Source of the DNA: Naegleria gruberi | Lineage: Eukaryota | DNA: 64,000 nucleotides | Direction: 5' to 3' (one strand) | Assembly: GCA_000004985.1 (NCBI GenBank) | Contig: GG738921.1 | Part shown: positions 45,520 to 57,949 of the stretch, piece by piece | Numbering within the stretch: the first letter of the stretch is position 1 | How the letters are laid out: each line of letters begins with the position of its first letter | The notes under the pieces: model-generated | The model's input: the letters and a program-made list of their open reading frames with translations, nothing else | Told to the model about the DNA's origin: nothing | Databases searched by the model: none | Translations under genes and position numbers: made by a program

Positions 45520-48252
45520 CTAGAATAAAAACTCGCAGTCAGCAAATCTTGAACTATCCACTAATTTTTCAAGTTTTCTAATCATGAAAATCCAACTATT
45601 GTTGTGTTCTGTCTTTTTGGTAAAAAACACAATCATATTATCCAATCCAATACTCAGGTTCAAATCATATCCATATCTAGCTAAGTATGGAGCAAATCTA
45701 ACCTTTAGCAAAGACAAATGATTAAATTGAACCATTTTTTCACTCTCTTTGATAAATTTAGTTCCATCCTCTTGCTCGTCTTCATTTTCAGGTACAGCAC
45801 TTATTGATCTGATTCCAGATGAGTCTCCAGAGAAGAAGAATGTTCTATCATCTCTTATTGAGCTATTAGCTTGATGATATTGGAAAGGAACTAACATTTT
45901 GTTCAAATAGTTAGAATTGTGAATACCCGTAATAAATCTAGAATCTAAATTTTTCGTAGCATCTTTAGAACATTCCAGTACCATCGAATATTGTTCAGAA
46001 AAAATTGATGAAGGACGGAGCTTGTTCAAAGTCTCATGTATCTTGAAGTGAGTTGTGAAACTGTAAAATGACGGGTAGCCAATCTCACTATAAGCATTAC
46101 TTCCTAAAATAAAGCTGGTATAGTCTTCTAGTGAAAAAATAACACCTTCTGGTAATTTAGAAATATTTACAATATTACCATGTAACCTATTTTCCAAAGT
46201 ATTAAAGTACATTTTAAATTCAAAATCAGATTTTTCAATCAAAATTGGATAAGGAAGAGGATTTTGAATCCTAGTCAGATCATTACGTTCAATGAGTGTC
46301 AAAACTTCTAAATTTTCCTTCCAGTTATCGTATGCATCTCCAATTAGTATTGATCCTGATTCTGTAAGAACATCCGTAAAGGCTCTAAAGTATTGTGTAT
46401 CGCTATCAAAGTAGGCATCGACTGGTACAACATGTCGTTTTGACTCATTATTAATATCATTTCTATTCCTGAAATTTTCGCATCCTTTTGGCCCTATTTG
46501 CAGGAAAGGATTCAGAAGAGAAAAGGTCAGTAAATGTGCAGCGTAACCCTTTGCTGGGAAGTGATAAAGTTTGTTACATTTAGTAACAATAAATGATTCA
46601 TAAAATGTGTTAACAAGTTGATGAACTCCTTGATAACCTTTCTGAGTAAAGCAAAATTGATTTTCAAAGAAAATGAGATCCTTTCTCTTATGTGAAATGT
46701 TCAAAACAAACAGTTCAGTGATATTTTTTGTCAAATCAATTTCACTGAAAATGTCTAGAGAAAGTAGAGTGCATATTTGAATTGCGAATTGATAATTTGT
46801 AATTATTTCAGTGAAAATCAAGTATGCTAAATCTCTCAAAAATAGTGTTTCAAATGAAGAATACTTTCCTGCTTGAAGATATCCATCCTTAAATACTGCT
46901 ATTAATAATTGAATAATATCATTGGAAGTGATATGTTCTTCAACAGATGATATCAGTTGGATAAGTGTTTCAAGTCTTTTCATGGCATTTTGACTTTGAA
47001 TAGTTTTATCCTCTACTTTAGGTGCTTCATTAATTCCTTCCAGAACAGTGAATCCAATTTGTTCCATTTCGAATGAGAATGAGTTAATCCAATCTTTGAT
47101 AATATGGAAGATATCTAAAGAATTCATTATTTGCCAAAGCCAATAGCACGTAGATTTCTGGACTACATATCCATTAAATATCAAGTCCTTGCTTCTGCCA
47201 ATATTTTGTGAAATTAAGTATTCCCTAATGCTTTCTGTAGTGACTGTTGAGATTCTACAAAGAATAAATTGTGAGCTTTCAAAATTATGTAATCTTCCAG
47301 AAAAGTAAATGTTTCCTTGCTCTGTTACAAGTATTGTGTGCTGAGAACCGCATGCAACTTTGACTGGTCGTTCATTGTGAAATAAAGAAGAAGTTACTTG
47401 TTGAGCTTTGCATGGTTCTGTATGTGAACAATTTGGAATTGATAATTGTTTTTGTAAATTTTGCCCAAAAGCATACAATTGATTAGATTCGGTAATGAAG
47501 AAGGCAAAATCAGCTCCGTTATGAATTGATTCAATTTTTTCTTCCACCATACAATCACCATCGTATAGTGAAATCTTTGATAGAGTTTCCACAGACTGTA
47601 TTCCATCTCCAACATCACCTGTATTTAAAAATATTATTATTGTTTCGAATAGAAATTACAACTTACCAATAATATAAACTTGTGAATCACATTCATTTAA
47701 AATCATGGTACCATTTTCCAAACTAACAATCTGTTTTATCCTAAACTTTGCACCTTCCACTCTATCAGGAATTTTAACTCCGATCAAGTATGTCATCAAG
47801 CTGTCATCCTCTGCCAAATCCAATCCAAAGTTCTTCTCCTTCTCTCCCAACTCTCCATTCGGTTTTAAATCAGCAAGTTCCGCAAAATTTACTCTCCTTT
47901 GCATCCTTTGTACAAATGATTTAATTTGTTTCTCATAATCATCAATATCAATCAAACATTGTGTATTAGTATTTCTACCAGTAACAAATACAATATTTTG
48001 CAACGGATTATCCTCATCACCTTCTTCTCTCCAATATTTTCTCTTCTTTGAACCATCACCATCACCACCAGCACCACTACCATTACCATCATCACTCTCA
48101 TCCATATTTTCGGAAGAGATCGCCCGATCAGATGAAAATAATTCCACTTCACCAGTACCTTCCGGAATGATCGACGTGGAAAATCCTAACAAACTGGCCT
48201 GTAAAGCAAAATTTAGAGCAGCCAAATGGATCGGAGCGGCTGATGAAAGCAT
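45520..48252 (-). CDS. Hypothetical protein with N-terminal RCC1-like repeats (~890 aa); exon 1 47667..48252, intron 47619..47666 (48 nt), exon 2 45520..47618
   Basis: Exon 1 ends ..CDSQVYIIG|GTAAGT. Exon 2 begins after ATACAG| with GDVGDGIQSVE..FAFFITESNQLYAFGQNLQKQL..KVACGSQHTILVTEQGNIYFSG (RCC1-like blades), followed by a ~550-aa region without recognisable domains. Confidence 0.65.
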
Positions 48253-49516
48253 TTTGATGTAATTTTTTTAAAATTTTAATTATAATAAAATTAAAAGATT
48301 TCTTGTTGTGATGGTGATCATCAAATAGTGAAGATTCAGACCATTAGTATTAAAATTCAAGTTTGTTGTTATCAATTAAATCAAACAAATAAAAAATTTG
48401 AAAAAAAAATAATCACTTCATCTCAGCATTGCTGATTATCTTCATCATTTCAATACGGAATACATTGATATTCAATGTACATCATCTTTGGATATCCATC
48501 AATAGTAGAATAGTAATTTTATTGTTTGAAATTTTAATCATCAAGAAATTTAATATCATCATCACTTGGGAAAAATTTCAAATCAATAAATACATCTCGG
48601 ATGTTGTTAGAACAGGTTAATTTGCTGTTCTAATAGTATTTTAAATAGTATTCCGCAAGTTTACTCTTTGAAATTATTTTTAATTTGGCTCAAAGTCGAT
48701 TTTCATCAAAATCATTAAAATCGGCCTATCTACTTGGTCATCACAAAAACCATCAATTGGAGATTGTTCATAATAGTAAATAGTATTTGTGGGGTCAATT
48801 TTGGAGACTGGATCTTTGTCTTCATTGGAATAGATACAAGATTATTTTCAACATGTAATGAATAATACCTCGTCATCTACTTGACCAAATCAAAAACTTT
48901 CTTCTAGTAGTACTATTTATTTTCACAATATATAACATCTTCATCGTTACTTTCTTCAATAGCATTGTCATTGTCATGGTGGAGGTTTCATCACCTATCC
49001 ACACATGTACAATATCGGAACATCATTCCAATATCATGGAGATGCTCCAATAAGTGTGGAGAATCATCCCACCAAGTTTTTTATCTTTAATAAAAGTGTT
49101 TCTCTTTTTTCACACTTTCTCAAGATTTGCAATTGTTCCTTCACATGATACTATTGATTTCAGAATCATATTTTGTTGTTAATTTTCAAAATGGATCATT
49201 ATTTGAGGAGATTTTGAGATACTTGATTTTACAGATCTAATAAAATTGCAGATACATTTTGTAATAACTGCTTAACATGAACTTCTGCAAAATTACAACA
49301 AACAAGCATTCAATAAGGCGGACATTTCCTATTGTCCTCGATGAATATTGATTCTTGAATATATTACTAATGAAAGAATGCGTGCGCAGCAGTATTTTTC
49401 ATTCTCACTAGTATAACCAAGTAGAAGTTTGTTTTAAAAATTTAAAAACTTCAAAAAAAATTAAATCACTTCTCGCCCACAACAAACTTGCAGCAGCACA
49501 TCATTTCTTTAGAAGA

Positions 49517-50593
49517 ATGACAAGTACTGGCACCTCCTCCAGTAATGGTAGAACCATGAAGATTTTGGTAGAGAGGGTTATTATGAATGATAATTCAGCA
49601 ACATCTTCATCTTTGAATACAACAATACCTGATCATTGGGATGTTCCGAAAAATTCATCATCTTCAACATCTTCACCTACTACAGTAGTAATACCTCCAG
49701 AAAAGTTTAAAGATCCTTGGATTGGAGTGAATCATGATAAATCAGTACTCGATGGAATGTCAATGATGAAGGATTTCTTATTTAATTCACCATCAATTCC
49801 GAGTGATGAAGAACTTCCTCAATTGAAACCGAATTGGGATAAATTAATGAACCCTAGTGAGTCTTCTGATGAATATCAAGTGACATGGATTGGACATTCG
49901 ACCTTTCTCATTCAGTACAGAGGTGTAAATATAATAACAGATCCTGTATTTTCAGAGAGATGTAGTCCTTCACAGTATTTTGGTCCAAAGAGAATTAAAC
50001 CAATTCCATTTCCAGATATCTCTAAATTGCCAAAGATTCATTTTGTGATTATATCTCATAATCACTACGATCATTTGGATGAACATGCATTCAAAGAGAT
50101 ACAGAAACATCATGATCCAATTTTCTTGTTACCATTCAAAATGAAATACAAGTGGATGATGAAACATTATTCAAATAGTGATGCCGAGAAGGAAAAACTT
50201 GTAGATTTGGATTGGTGGAAGGAAACTACATTCAAGGTTACAGCTGAGAATCAGACAGTTTCCAATCTGTCATTCGTATGTCTGCCAGCTCAGCATTGGA
50301 GTTCAAGAACAGGGTTTGATAGAAATCACGTCTTGTGGGGTTCTTGGGGATTCAAGTTTGATTATACTGATGGCAATGAGAATGTGACAAGATCTTTCTG
50401 GCATGCAGGTGATACAGGTTACAAGTAAGTAGACTTTTAATATTCATTCCTTAATAATTTTTTCAATAGTGGACAAACATTTAATCAAATTGGAGAACGA
50501 TTTGGTCCAATTGACTTTTCAATGATTCCAATTGGTGCCTATGAACCACGTTGGTTCATGAGTGATCAACATGTTGATCCAGAAGAAGCCATT
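49517..50593 (+). CDS. NAPE-PLD-like metallo-beta-lactamase-fold (zinc) hydrolase; exon 1 49517..50424, intron 50425..50469 (45 nt), exon 2 50470..50593 continuing into N-gap 50594-50867 (3' partial)
   Basis: [32 protein letters not shown] (metal-binding HxHxDH), AGDTGY|N|[40 protein letters not shown]. This closely matches the conserved C-terminal block of animal NAPE-PLD (..[33 protein letters not shown]). The N-terminal ~110 aa are S/T-rich. Confidence 0.8.
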
Positions 50594-50867
50594 NNNNNNN
50601 NNNNNNNNNNNNNNNNNNNNNNNNNNNNNNNNNNNNNNNNNNNNNNNNNNNNNNNNNNNNNNNNNNNNNNNNNNNNNNNNNNNNNNNNNNNNNNNNNNNN
50701 NNNNNNNNNNNNNNNNNNNNNNNNNNNNNNNNNNNNNNNNNNNNNNNNNNNNNNNNNNNNNNNNNNNNNNNNNNNNNNNNNNNNNNNNNNNNNNNNNNNN
50801 NNNNNNNNNNNNNNNNNNNNNNNNNNNNNNNNNNNNNNNNNNNNNNNNNNNNNNNNNNNNNNNNNNN

Positions 50868-50990
50868 GAAAGTAATTTTCTAATTATGAAGAATTGAAAC
50901 ACTATTCATGAATTGTTTGAAATTGTCATCTGTTGCAACAATGGAAGATTTCAATTATAATCATGAACAAATATTTGTGAAAATAAGGCA
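50868..50990 (+). pseudogene. Decayed fragment of a third kinase-HECT gene 3' end (HECT C-terminus) immediately after N-gap
   Basis: Sequence ..TATGAAGAATT-GAAACACTATTCATGAATTGTTTGAAATTGTCATCTGTTGCAACAATGGAAGAT.. encodes (E)TLFMNCLKLSSVATMED. That is near-identical to the C-termini of the two HECT genes (FETLFMNCLRLSSVATMED). It has a 1-nt deletion upstream, in YEEF, that breaks the frame. Confidence 0.5.
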
Positions 50991-51119
50991 GTGACAAATA
51001 TGAATCACAATAAATTTCCACTCTCCTTACTAATTTGTTGTTATTAAATAAAATATTAAATATTCTGGTTTGCGCCAAAATAAATTGTTTAAAAATGTTT
51101 TTGAAAAAAGATCAAAAAA

Positions 51120-54100
51120 ATGTCAACAACATTCGACCAAGTCTTCCATGCAGTTTCGGAAGGAAACATTGAATTTTTGAGACACATTGATTTACGTCCA
51201 TTTATTAATCATGAACAAGATGATCCCGACGATGAAGGTATTGTTACATTATTATGTACAGCGTGCGGCAGAGGACATTTGAAAATTGTAGAATTATTAT
51301 TGAATGTTGATGGAGTTGATGTAAACAAATGTGTATGTTTTCATAGATTAATTATTTGATGTTGAATGTAAATCTTTGAAATTTATATATGAAAATAGGG
51401 ACCGTTGTTTTTTGCTTGCCAAAACGGATACGTAGAAATTGTAAAATTATTGTTGAGTGTTGATGGAATTGATGTTAATCAAATTGTATGTAATAATGGA
51501 ATGAATAATGGAATGGTATATTTATATTAATGATTTTTATGATTATCTATAATAGAGAGTGTTACGTGAAGCATGTGAAAAAGGCTATTTTGAAATTGTA
51601 AAATTATTATTGGACTTTGATGGAATTAATGTTGACGCTTATGTATGTAGCAAATATTAATATTAAGAAGTTTAATATTAATTCTTCTTATTAGAAAGCA
51701 TTGCATGGAGCATGTTATGGAGGGAATTTTAATATTGTAAAATTATTACTTGCCAAGAATGCTCGAATAGGAAAAGAAGAAAGAAAAGAATATGATAAAA
51801 AAATCAAACCGAAAGTAAGTTTAGTTTTCAGATAAGTGTCAAATATAGTCCAATATTAGTTCAATCTCGAATATACTTTGGATGAATTAAAGGATAAAAT
51901 CTCACAATTACGAATTCAACATTGGAGAAATGTGANNNNNNNNNNNNNNNNNNNNNNNNNNNNNNNNNNNNNNNNNNNNNNNNNNNNNNNNNNNNNNNNN
52001 NNNNNNNNNNNNNNNNNNNNNNNNNNNNNNNNNNNNNNNNNNNNNNNNNNNNNNNNNNNNNNNNNNNNNNNNNNNNNNNNNNNNNNNNNNNNNNNNNNNN
52101 NNNNNNNNNNNNNNNNNNNNNNNNNNNNNNNNNNNNNNNNNNNNNNNNNNNNNNNNNNNNNNNNNNNNNNNNNNNNNNNNNNNNNNNNNNNNNNNNNNNN
52201 NNNNNNNNNNNNNNNNNNNNNNNNNNNNNNNNNATAATGATAAGAGAGAGTTGATAAATGAAATTGAAAGAGTTGAAAATAGTTTGAGAGAACATGAAGT
52301 TAATTTTGAATGTTTCCAAAATGTTAACAAATTGAAATTGAAAAAGAAAGATTTGTTCAAGTCACTAGCTGAAATCAAAGACAAAATAGAAGATATTGAA
52401 TATGCTAAAGACACACTTATATTCGAAATTAAAACTCAAAAAAGAAACAAGATTGGTAAAGTTGAGGAAATTGAAAGATTGGAGAAGAAACTTTCTGACA
52501 TGATTCAGGAATTATCAAACATGCACGAAAGAAAATCAGAAATCCAAAACGACTTGATGGAGCTGATTCCTAAATTTCCTGAAATTATTATTGAAATGGA
52601 ACAACCATTAGCAATAGATGGTGTTGTCATTTCATCATCAATGACACCAAAAGAAAAATTCAGAGTATTTGCACTTCAAAACTCTATTTTACTTTTAAAT
52701 ACTCAATTTTCAAATTATACTAACATTCAAACACTTCACACTGGATTATCAGTTGTTTACAAAGCAAGCAAATCTAATAGTCAGGTGGTTATTCTCAAAG
52801 AAATTTCTCTTTCAGAAAATAATTGTGAAACAGTAATGAATGAAATTATGAATTTGGTTATACTCAAAGGTCATCCTAGAATTATCAAATTGAATGGTGT
52901 ATTTATTGAATCACAATTTAATAAGGTTTATATTGAAACACCATATTATTCAAATGGAAATTTACTGGAGTATATCAACAAGATTAGAAATCATCATGAT
53001 TTACCAACTTTGAAGAACATGTTGAGAAGTTTATTTAGAAAAATGACAGAAACACTTCAATTTATCCATTCCAAAGATATTCTGCACAGAGATTTAAAAC
53101 CTCAAAATATTTTGGTGAATGAAAATGGAGAACCAATTATTGCAGATTTTGGATCAAGTAAGAAACTAATTGCTCAATTGACAAATAATACAATGGGAGT
53201 TGGAACATTGAAATATATGGCACCAGAAGTGAAAAGACAAGAAGAATCACCAAGTGAAAAATCAGACATTTGGTCATTGGGTGTTTCATTGTATGAATGT
53301 TGGCAATTGATTCAACAAATAAGTATGATGAATAATGCAACAGTTGAAATATTGAACTTTGACTCGAAGGGTAAGGTAGTTTTACCTACCAGTACTTTGA
53401 ATGATGAAATTGATATAACATTGATGAAAATGTTGAGTCACATGTTCAATAGCAATCCAGAAGACAGACCAAGTTCATTAACACTACTGACAGATTCAGA
53501 TTATTTCACAAATGAAAATCCTACAACAGATATACTTTCTAAATCTAATCAAAAAGAATTGGAAGGTTCTGAAAAGATATCACTTTGGCAAGCAAGATTA
53601 AAGAAGATGAAACAATTTTTGCCTGAAAGCACAGAAGGAGAAATCAAGGTTGACATCTATAGACACCGTCTATTGGAAGATATTGCCTCTATATATAAGG
53701 ATTTGATACCAATAGGGTATTCAGTGATATTTTACAAAACATTTGTGAAATATAAGGGAGAGACTGGAATAGACGCAGGAGGATTATCCAATGAGATGTA
53801 TTCTAAATATATTGAAGCCATACTGGAAAGCAAACATTTTCAAAATAGCGAAAGCTCACCAAATGAAAATTTCATTTTAACTGATGAACCACTCACAGAT
53901 GAATCTAAAAATCAATTGAGAACACTTGGGTTGTTATTGAAAAAGTTATTAATTGACTGTGACGACAAGACAGTTTATCTTCCATTGAATAGCTTTATAT
54001 TTTATTATTTATTGAATGGAAATGCTCTCAACAAAGAAACACTCCAATTTAATGCTATATCCCTTTTACTATCAAAATTCTTGAGAGAATATGATTTTGA

Positions 54101-54773
54101 ATTGGATAATCAAATATTTAGTGTGAAAAAATGTAAAAATGATGAAGAATTACAATCAATTACAATGGAAGAAACATTTATTGATGTTTTATCAAAGAGT
54201 GAGAAACCATTAATAATGGAAAATGTTCAATTATTCATCATTTCACAATTATATTCATATTTTTATTCTGATTTAAAGATTGAAAAATTGAAATTAATCA
54301 AACAAGGATTTGACTGGTTTAATTTGACTAAATTCAAACAAAGCTCAAAATTACCACCCAAGTTGAAAGAATTCCTAGACCTCCAAGGATCAAATTTTGA
54401 TGAGAAGTGTTTGAGTGTGAATGAATTGAAAATTCTCCTCTCAGGTCAATCATATATTGATGCTGATTTATTATTGAATGAAATAGACATGACCAGAATT
54501 TCACCAATAATGCAAGATCACTTCACTAAATGTATTAGAAAATTAACAAAAAGTCAATTGAGACAATTACTTGTTTGGATGACTTCACTTTCAAGCATTC
54601 CAATCAGAGGTTTTTCAAGAAAGATCTCAATTCGTGAATATAACAGATTTGAATCTCATACCTGTTCATTTGTATTTGATATTCCATCTCAAATAACCAA
54701 TTATGAACAATTTGAAACTCAATTCATGAATTGTTTGAGATTGTCATCTGTTGCAACTATGGAAGATCAATAG
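51120..54773 (+). CDS. Ankyrin-repeat / coiled-coil / protein kinase / HECT ubiquitin-ligase multidomain protein (copy A); exons 51120..51332, 51399..51485, 51556..51642, 51695..51814, 51860..(gap 51936-52233)..54773; introns 66, 70, 52, 45 nt
   Basis: Four ANK repeats, one per exon (..GPLFFACQNGYVEIVKLLLSVDGIDVNQI, RVLREACEKGYFEIVKLLLDFDGINVDAY, KALHGACYGGNFNIVKLLLAKNA). A coiled-coil region follows. The kinase domain has VVILKEI (K), HRDLKPQNILV, ADFGSSK, GTLKYMAPE and DIWSLGVSLYE. The HECT domain has GIDAGGLSNEMY and ..FESHTCSFVFDIPSQITNYEQFETQFMNCL, including the catalytic Cys. Confidence 0.8.
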
Positions 54774-55423
54774 GACAATTCTTGTTGGTATTCTTGTCAC
54801 TGCACCAACAGGATTAATTAGAGTATTACTGACTGGTGGTAGTACTTGAGCAATTGGTGGTTGATTCAAATCTACGATCATTATCAGAATTCATTAAAAT
54901 CCAGCTTCTGAAGTGCAGCTTTGATTAGCTTGCCCCAATTCAGTGGAAATTGTTTTTCTTGCATTTGTAAATCATATAATCATCAAATTTAAGGTACTCA
55001 ATTACTTTTGAAGTTTTGGAACTAAGCTGATTTGATATTGTGTTTTTTCTTTGATGGATTGAAATCCTAAGAAGAATTCATGTTATTGCCAACGAACATA
55101 CAACAAGCAACAATAAGGGTAGAACGAGATTGGATGTTTTAAGTGATAATCACTTATTATCCAATAAAAAAAATTCAGCAAATGGCTCTTTGTGTCTGAT
55201 TTTCGGAAGCACACCATCTACCATCTATTTAATTTTTATTGGAGTTCTGATCATTTTGGAATTTATTCTTCATAACCCAATTGGAATCATCATCAATGTT
55301 TTCCAATTATCAAAATAATATTAGTATTTTTGTGGAAATTATTGTATCTATGATTTTACGGTGGTATACAGATATTTCTTTAATATAGCAAAGCATTAAA
55401 GATGATGAAAATTGGAGTGGGTA

Positions 55424-57949
55424 TTAATTCTCCAAAGTGTTCTCCGTATCATTGAAATCTTCCATTGTTGCAACAGATGACAATCTCAAACAATTCATGA
55501 ATAGTGTTTCAAATTCTTCATAAGTGGTTATTTGTGAAGGAATATCAAATGAGAAAGAACATGTATGGGCTTCAAATCTTTTTTGCTCACGAATTGAGAT
55601 CTTTCTTGAAAAACCTCTAATCGGAATGCTTGAAAGTGCTGTCATCCAAACAAGTAATTGTCTCAATTGACTATTTGTTAATTTTCTTATACATTTAGTG
55701 AGGAAATCTTTCATAGTTTCCGAAACAAAATAGAAATTAATTTCATTTAACAATAAATCATCATCAATATATGATTGACCTGATAGGAGAATTTTCAATT
55801 CATTCACACTCAAATCTTGTTCAACAAAGTTTGGTCCTTGAAGGTGGAAAAATTCTCTCAATTCAGATTCAGTTGAAATACTAAAACTACAAATCAATTG
55901 AGTTTTGAATTGTTTCAAATTGAACCAATCAAATCCTTCTTTGATTAATTTCAATTTTTCCATTCTTATAGCACTGTAAAAGTATGGATGTAATTGAGAA
56001 ATGATATAGAGATGGATATTGTCCATAATAAGTGGTTTCTCAGTCTTTGATAAAACATCTGTGAACGTTTCTTCATATGCAATAGATTGTAATTCCTTAT
56101 CATTCTTACATTTTCTCAGATTCATAATTTGATTATCTAATTCAAAATCATATTCTCTCAAGAATTTTGAAAGTGTCAAGATCATGTCATTGATGTGTAG
56201 TGCTTGTTTCTTATAAATTATATCACCATTCAATAAATAATAGAATATAAAACTATTCAATGGAAGATAAACTGTCTTGTCGTCACAGTCAATTAATAAC
56301 TTTTTCAATAACCATCCAAAGGCCTTTAACTGAATTCTTGATTCATCTGTGAGTGGTTCATCAGTTAGAATGAAATTTTCGTTGGAAGATGTTTCACTCT
56401 TTTGAAAATGTTTGCTTTCCATTAACATGGATTCAGTATATTTGGAATAGAGTTCATTTGACAAACCTCCTACGTCTATCCCTTTCTCTTCCTTAAATTT
56501 TACAAATGTTTTGTAAAATATTGAATAGTTGTTATCTTTAGTCATGACTTTTTCAACAGTTAAAGAAGTATCTGTCAATAAATTTTCTCTGTCTATGTCA
56601 AATCTAATTTCGTTGCTAGGTGAAACTAAATAACCTTCTCTTCGGGCTAACGCAAGTTGTTTGAGTTTTTTCAATCTTGCCTGCCACAATGATAACTTTT
56701 CGGAGCTATCTAGTTTTTGATTTGATGTAGAAAGTAATTCGACAGTAATTGGATTTTCATTTGTGAAATAATCTCCATTTTCATTCACCAAAATATTTTG
56801 AGGTTTTAAATCTCTGTGAAGAATATCTTTGGAATGAATAAATTGAAGTGTTTCCGTGATTTTTCTAAATAAACTTCTCAACATGATTTTCAAAGTTTTA
56901 GTGTCGTGTTGAGGTTTAATCTTGTTGACATATTCCAATAAATTTCCATTTGAATAATATGGCGTTTCAATATAAATCTTATTAAAATTAGGTTCGATGA
57001 ACACACCATTCAATTTGATAATTCTTGAATGTACTTTCAATCTTACAATATTCATAATTTCATTCATAATAGCATCACAATTATTGTCTGTTGATTGAGA
57101 AAGTGAAATTTCTTTAAGAATAACCACTTGATTGTTTGACTTGCTTGATTTGTAGACAACTGATAATCCACTATGAACTGTTCCCATGATTGTATAATTT
57201 GAAAATTGAGTATTAAAAAGAAATATTGAGTTTTGAAGTGCAAATATTCTGAATTTTTCTTCAGGTGTGTTGCTTGTTGAAATAACAACACCATCTGCTG
57301 TTAGTGGTTGTTTCATTTCTACAATTATTTCTGGGAATGTTGAAATCAATTCCATTAAATTCTGTTCAATTTCTGTTTTTTGTTCATTCAATTCGGAAAT
57401 CTTTTTTCCCATTTCAGAAAGTTTCTTCTCCAATCTTTCAATATCTTCATTGTTTGTTCCAATTTTGTTTTTTCTAAGCTTTTTAATTTGAAGTCCAATT
57501 TCGTCCTTTTCCAAATCAATTTCATCAATGTCGTCCTTAATTAAGGCAAGTGATTTTAAAAGATCTTTCTTTTTCAATTTCAACTTGTTAATATTTTGAA
57601 AACATTCAAGATTTGTTGCATTTTCTCTAATGTTATCTTCCATTCTCTCAACTTGTTCCAACAATTCCTTGTTGTCCTTATCAAATTCACTTAATTTTCC
57701 AGAATAGTTTGTAATTATTTCGTCTCTAATTCTATCTCTCTCTTCAGTAAGTAGATACAACTCTTTAAATTCAACACTCTTTTCACAAGCGGACATTTCA
57801 GAGATTTGTTTTTCGATTCTATTTAATTCTTTTTTGAGCAAATGAATAGTTTGAGCTGATTTTGGAATTCTCACAACTGGTTCAACAACTGTAATACGAC
57901 TTGCTTCCATTAATTGATTTTCCAAAATTTTGATTCGTTCTAAATGTTC
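55424..57949 (-). CDS. Paralog (copy B) of the coiled-coil / kinase / HECT protein, with an in-frame ~117-codon deletion removing the kinase DFG/activation-loop/APE/C-lobe; 5' end lost in N-gap 57950-62085
   Basis: Same coiled-coil (LECFQNINKLKLKKKDLLKSLALIKDDIDEID..), kinase N-lobe and catalytic loop (VVILKEISL, HRDLKPQNILVNENG). It then jumps directly to DYFTNENPITVELL at about 56775. An intact HECT domain follows: GIDVGGLSNELY, ..FEAHTCSFSFDIPSQITTYEEFETLFMNCL. The ORF remains open into the gap at its 5' side. Confidence 0.75.
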   Translation of the reverse strand, partial: EHLERIKILENQLMEASRITVVEPVVRIPKSAQTIHLLKKELNRIEKQISEMSACEKSVEFKELYLLTEERDRIRDEIITNYSGKLSEFDKDNKELLEQVERMEDNIRENATNLECFQNINKLKLKKKDLLKSLALIKDDIDEIDLEKDEIGLQIKKLRKNKIGTNNEDIERLEKKLSEMGKKISELNEQKTEIEQNLMELISTFPEIIVEMKQPLTADGVVISTSNTPEEKFRIFALQNSIFLFNTQFSNYTIMGTVHSGLSVVYKSSKSNNQVVILKEISLSQSTDNNCDAIMNEIMNIVRLKVHSRIIKLNGVFIEPNFNKIYIETPYYSNGNLLEYVNKIKPQHDTKTLKIMLRSLFRKITETLQFIHSKDILHRDLKPQNILVNENGDYFTNENPITVELLSTSNQKLDSSEKLSLWQARLKKLKQLALARREGYLVSPSNEIRFDIDRENLLTDTSLTVEKVMTKDNNYSIFYKTFVKFKEEKGIDVGGLSNELYSKYTESMLMESKHFQKSETSSNENFILTDEPLTDESRIQLKAFGWLLKKLLIDCDDKTVYLPLNSFIFYYLLNGDIIYKKQALHINDMILTLSKFLREYDFELDNQIMNLRKCKNDKELQSIAYEETFTDVLSKTEKPLIMDNIHLYIISQLHPYFYSAIRMEKLKLIKEGFDWFNLKQFKTQLICSFSISTESELREFFHLQGPNFVEQDLSVNELKILLSGQSYIDDDLLLNEINFYFVSETMKDFLTKCIRKLTNSQLRQLLVWMTALSSIPIRGFSRKISIREQKRFEAHTCSFSFDIPSQITTYEEFETLFMNCLRLSSVATMEDFNDTENTLEN

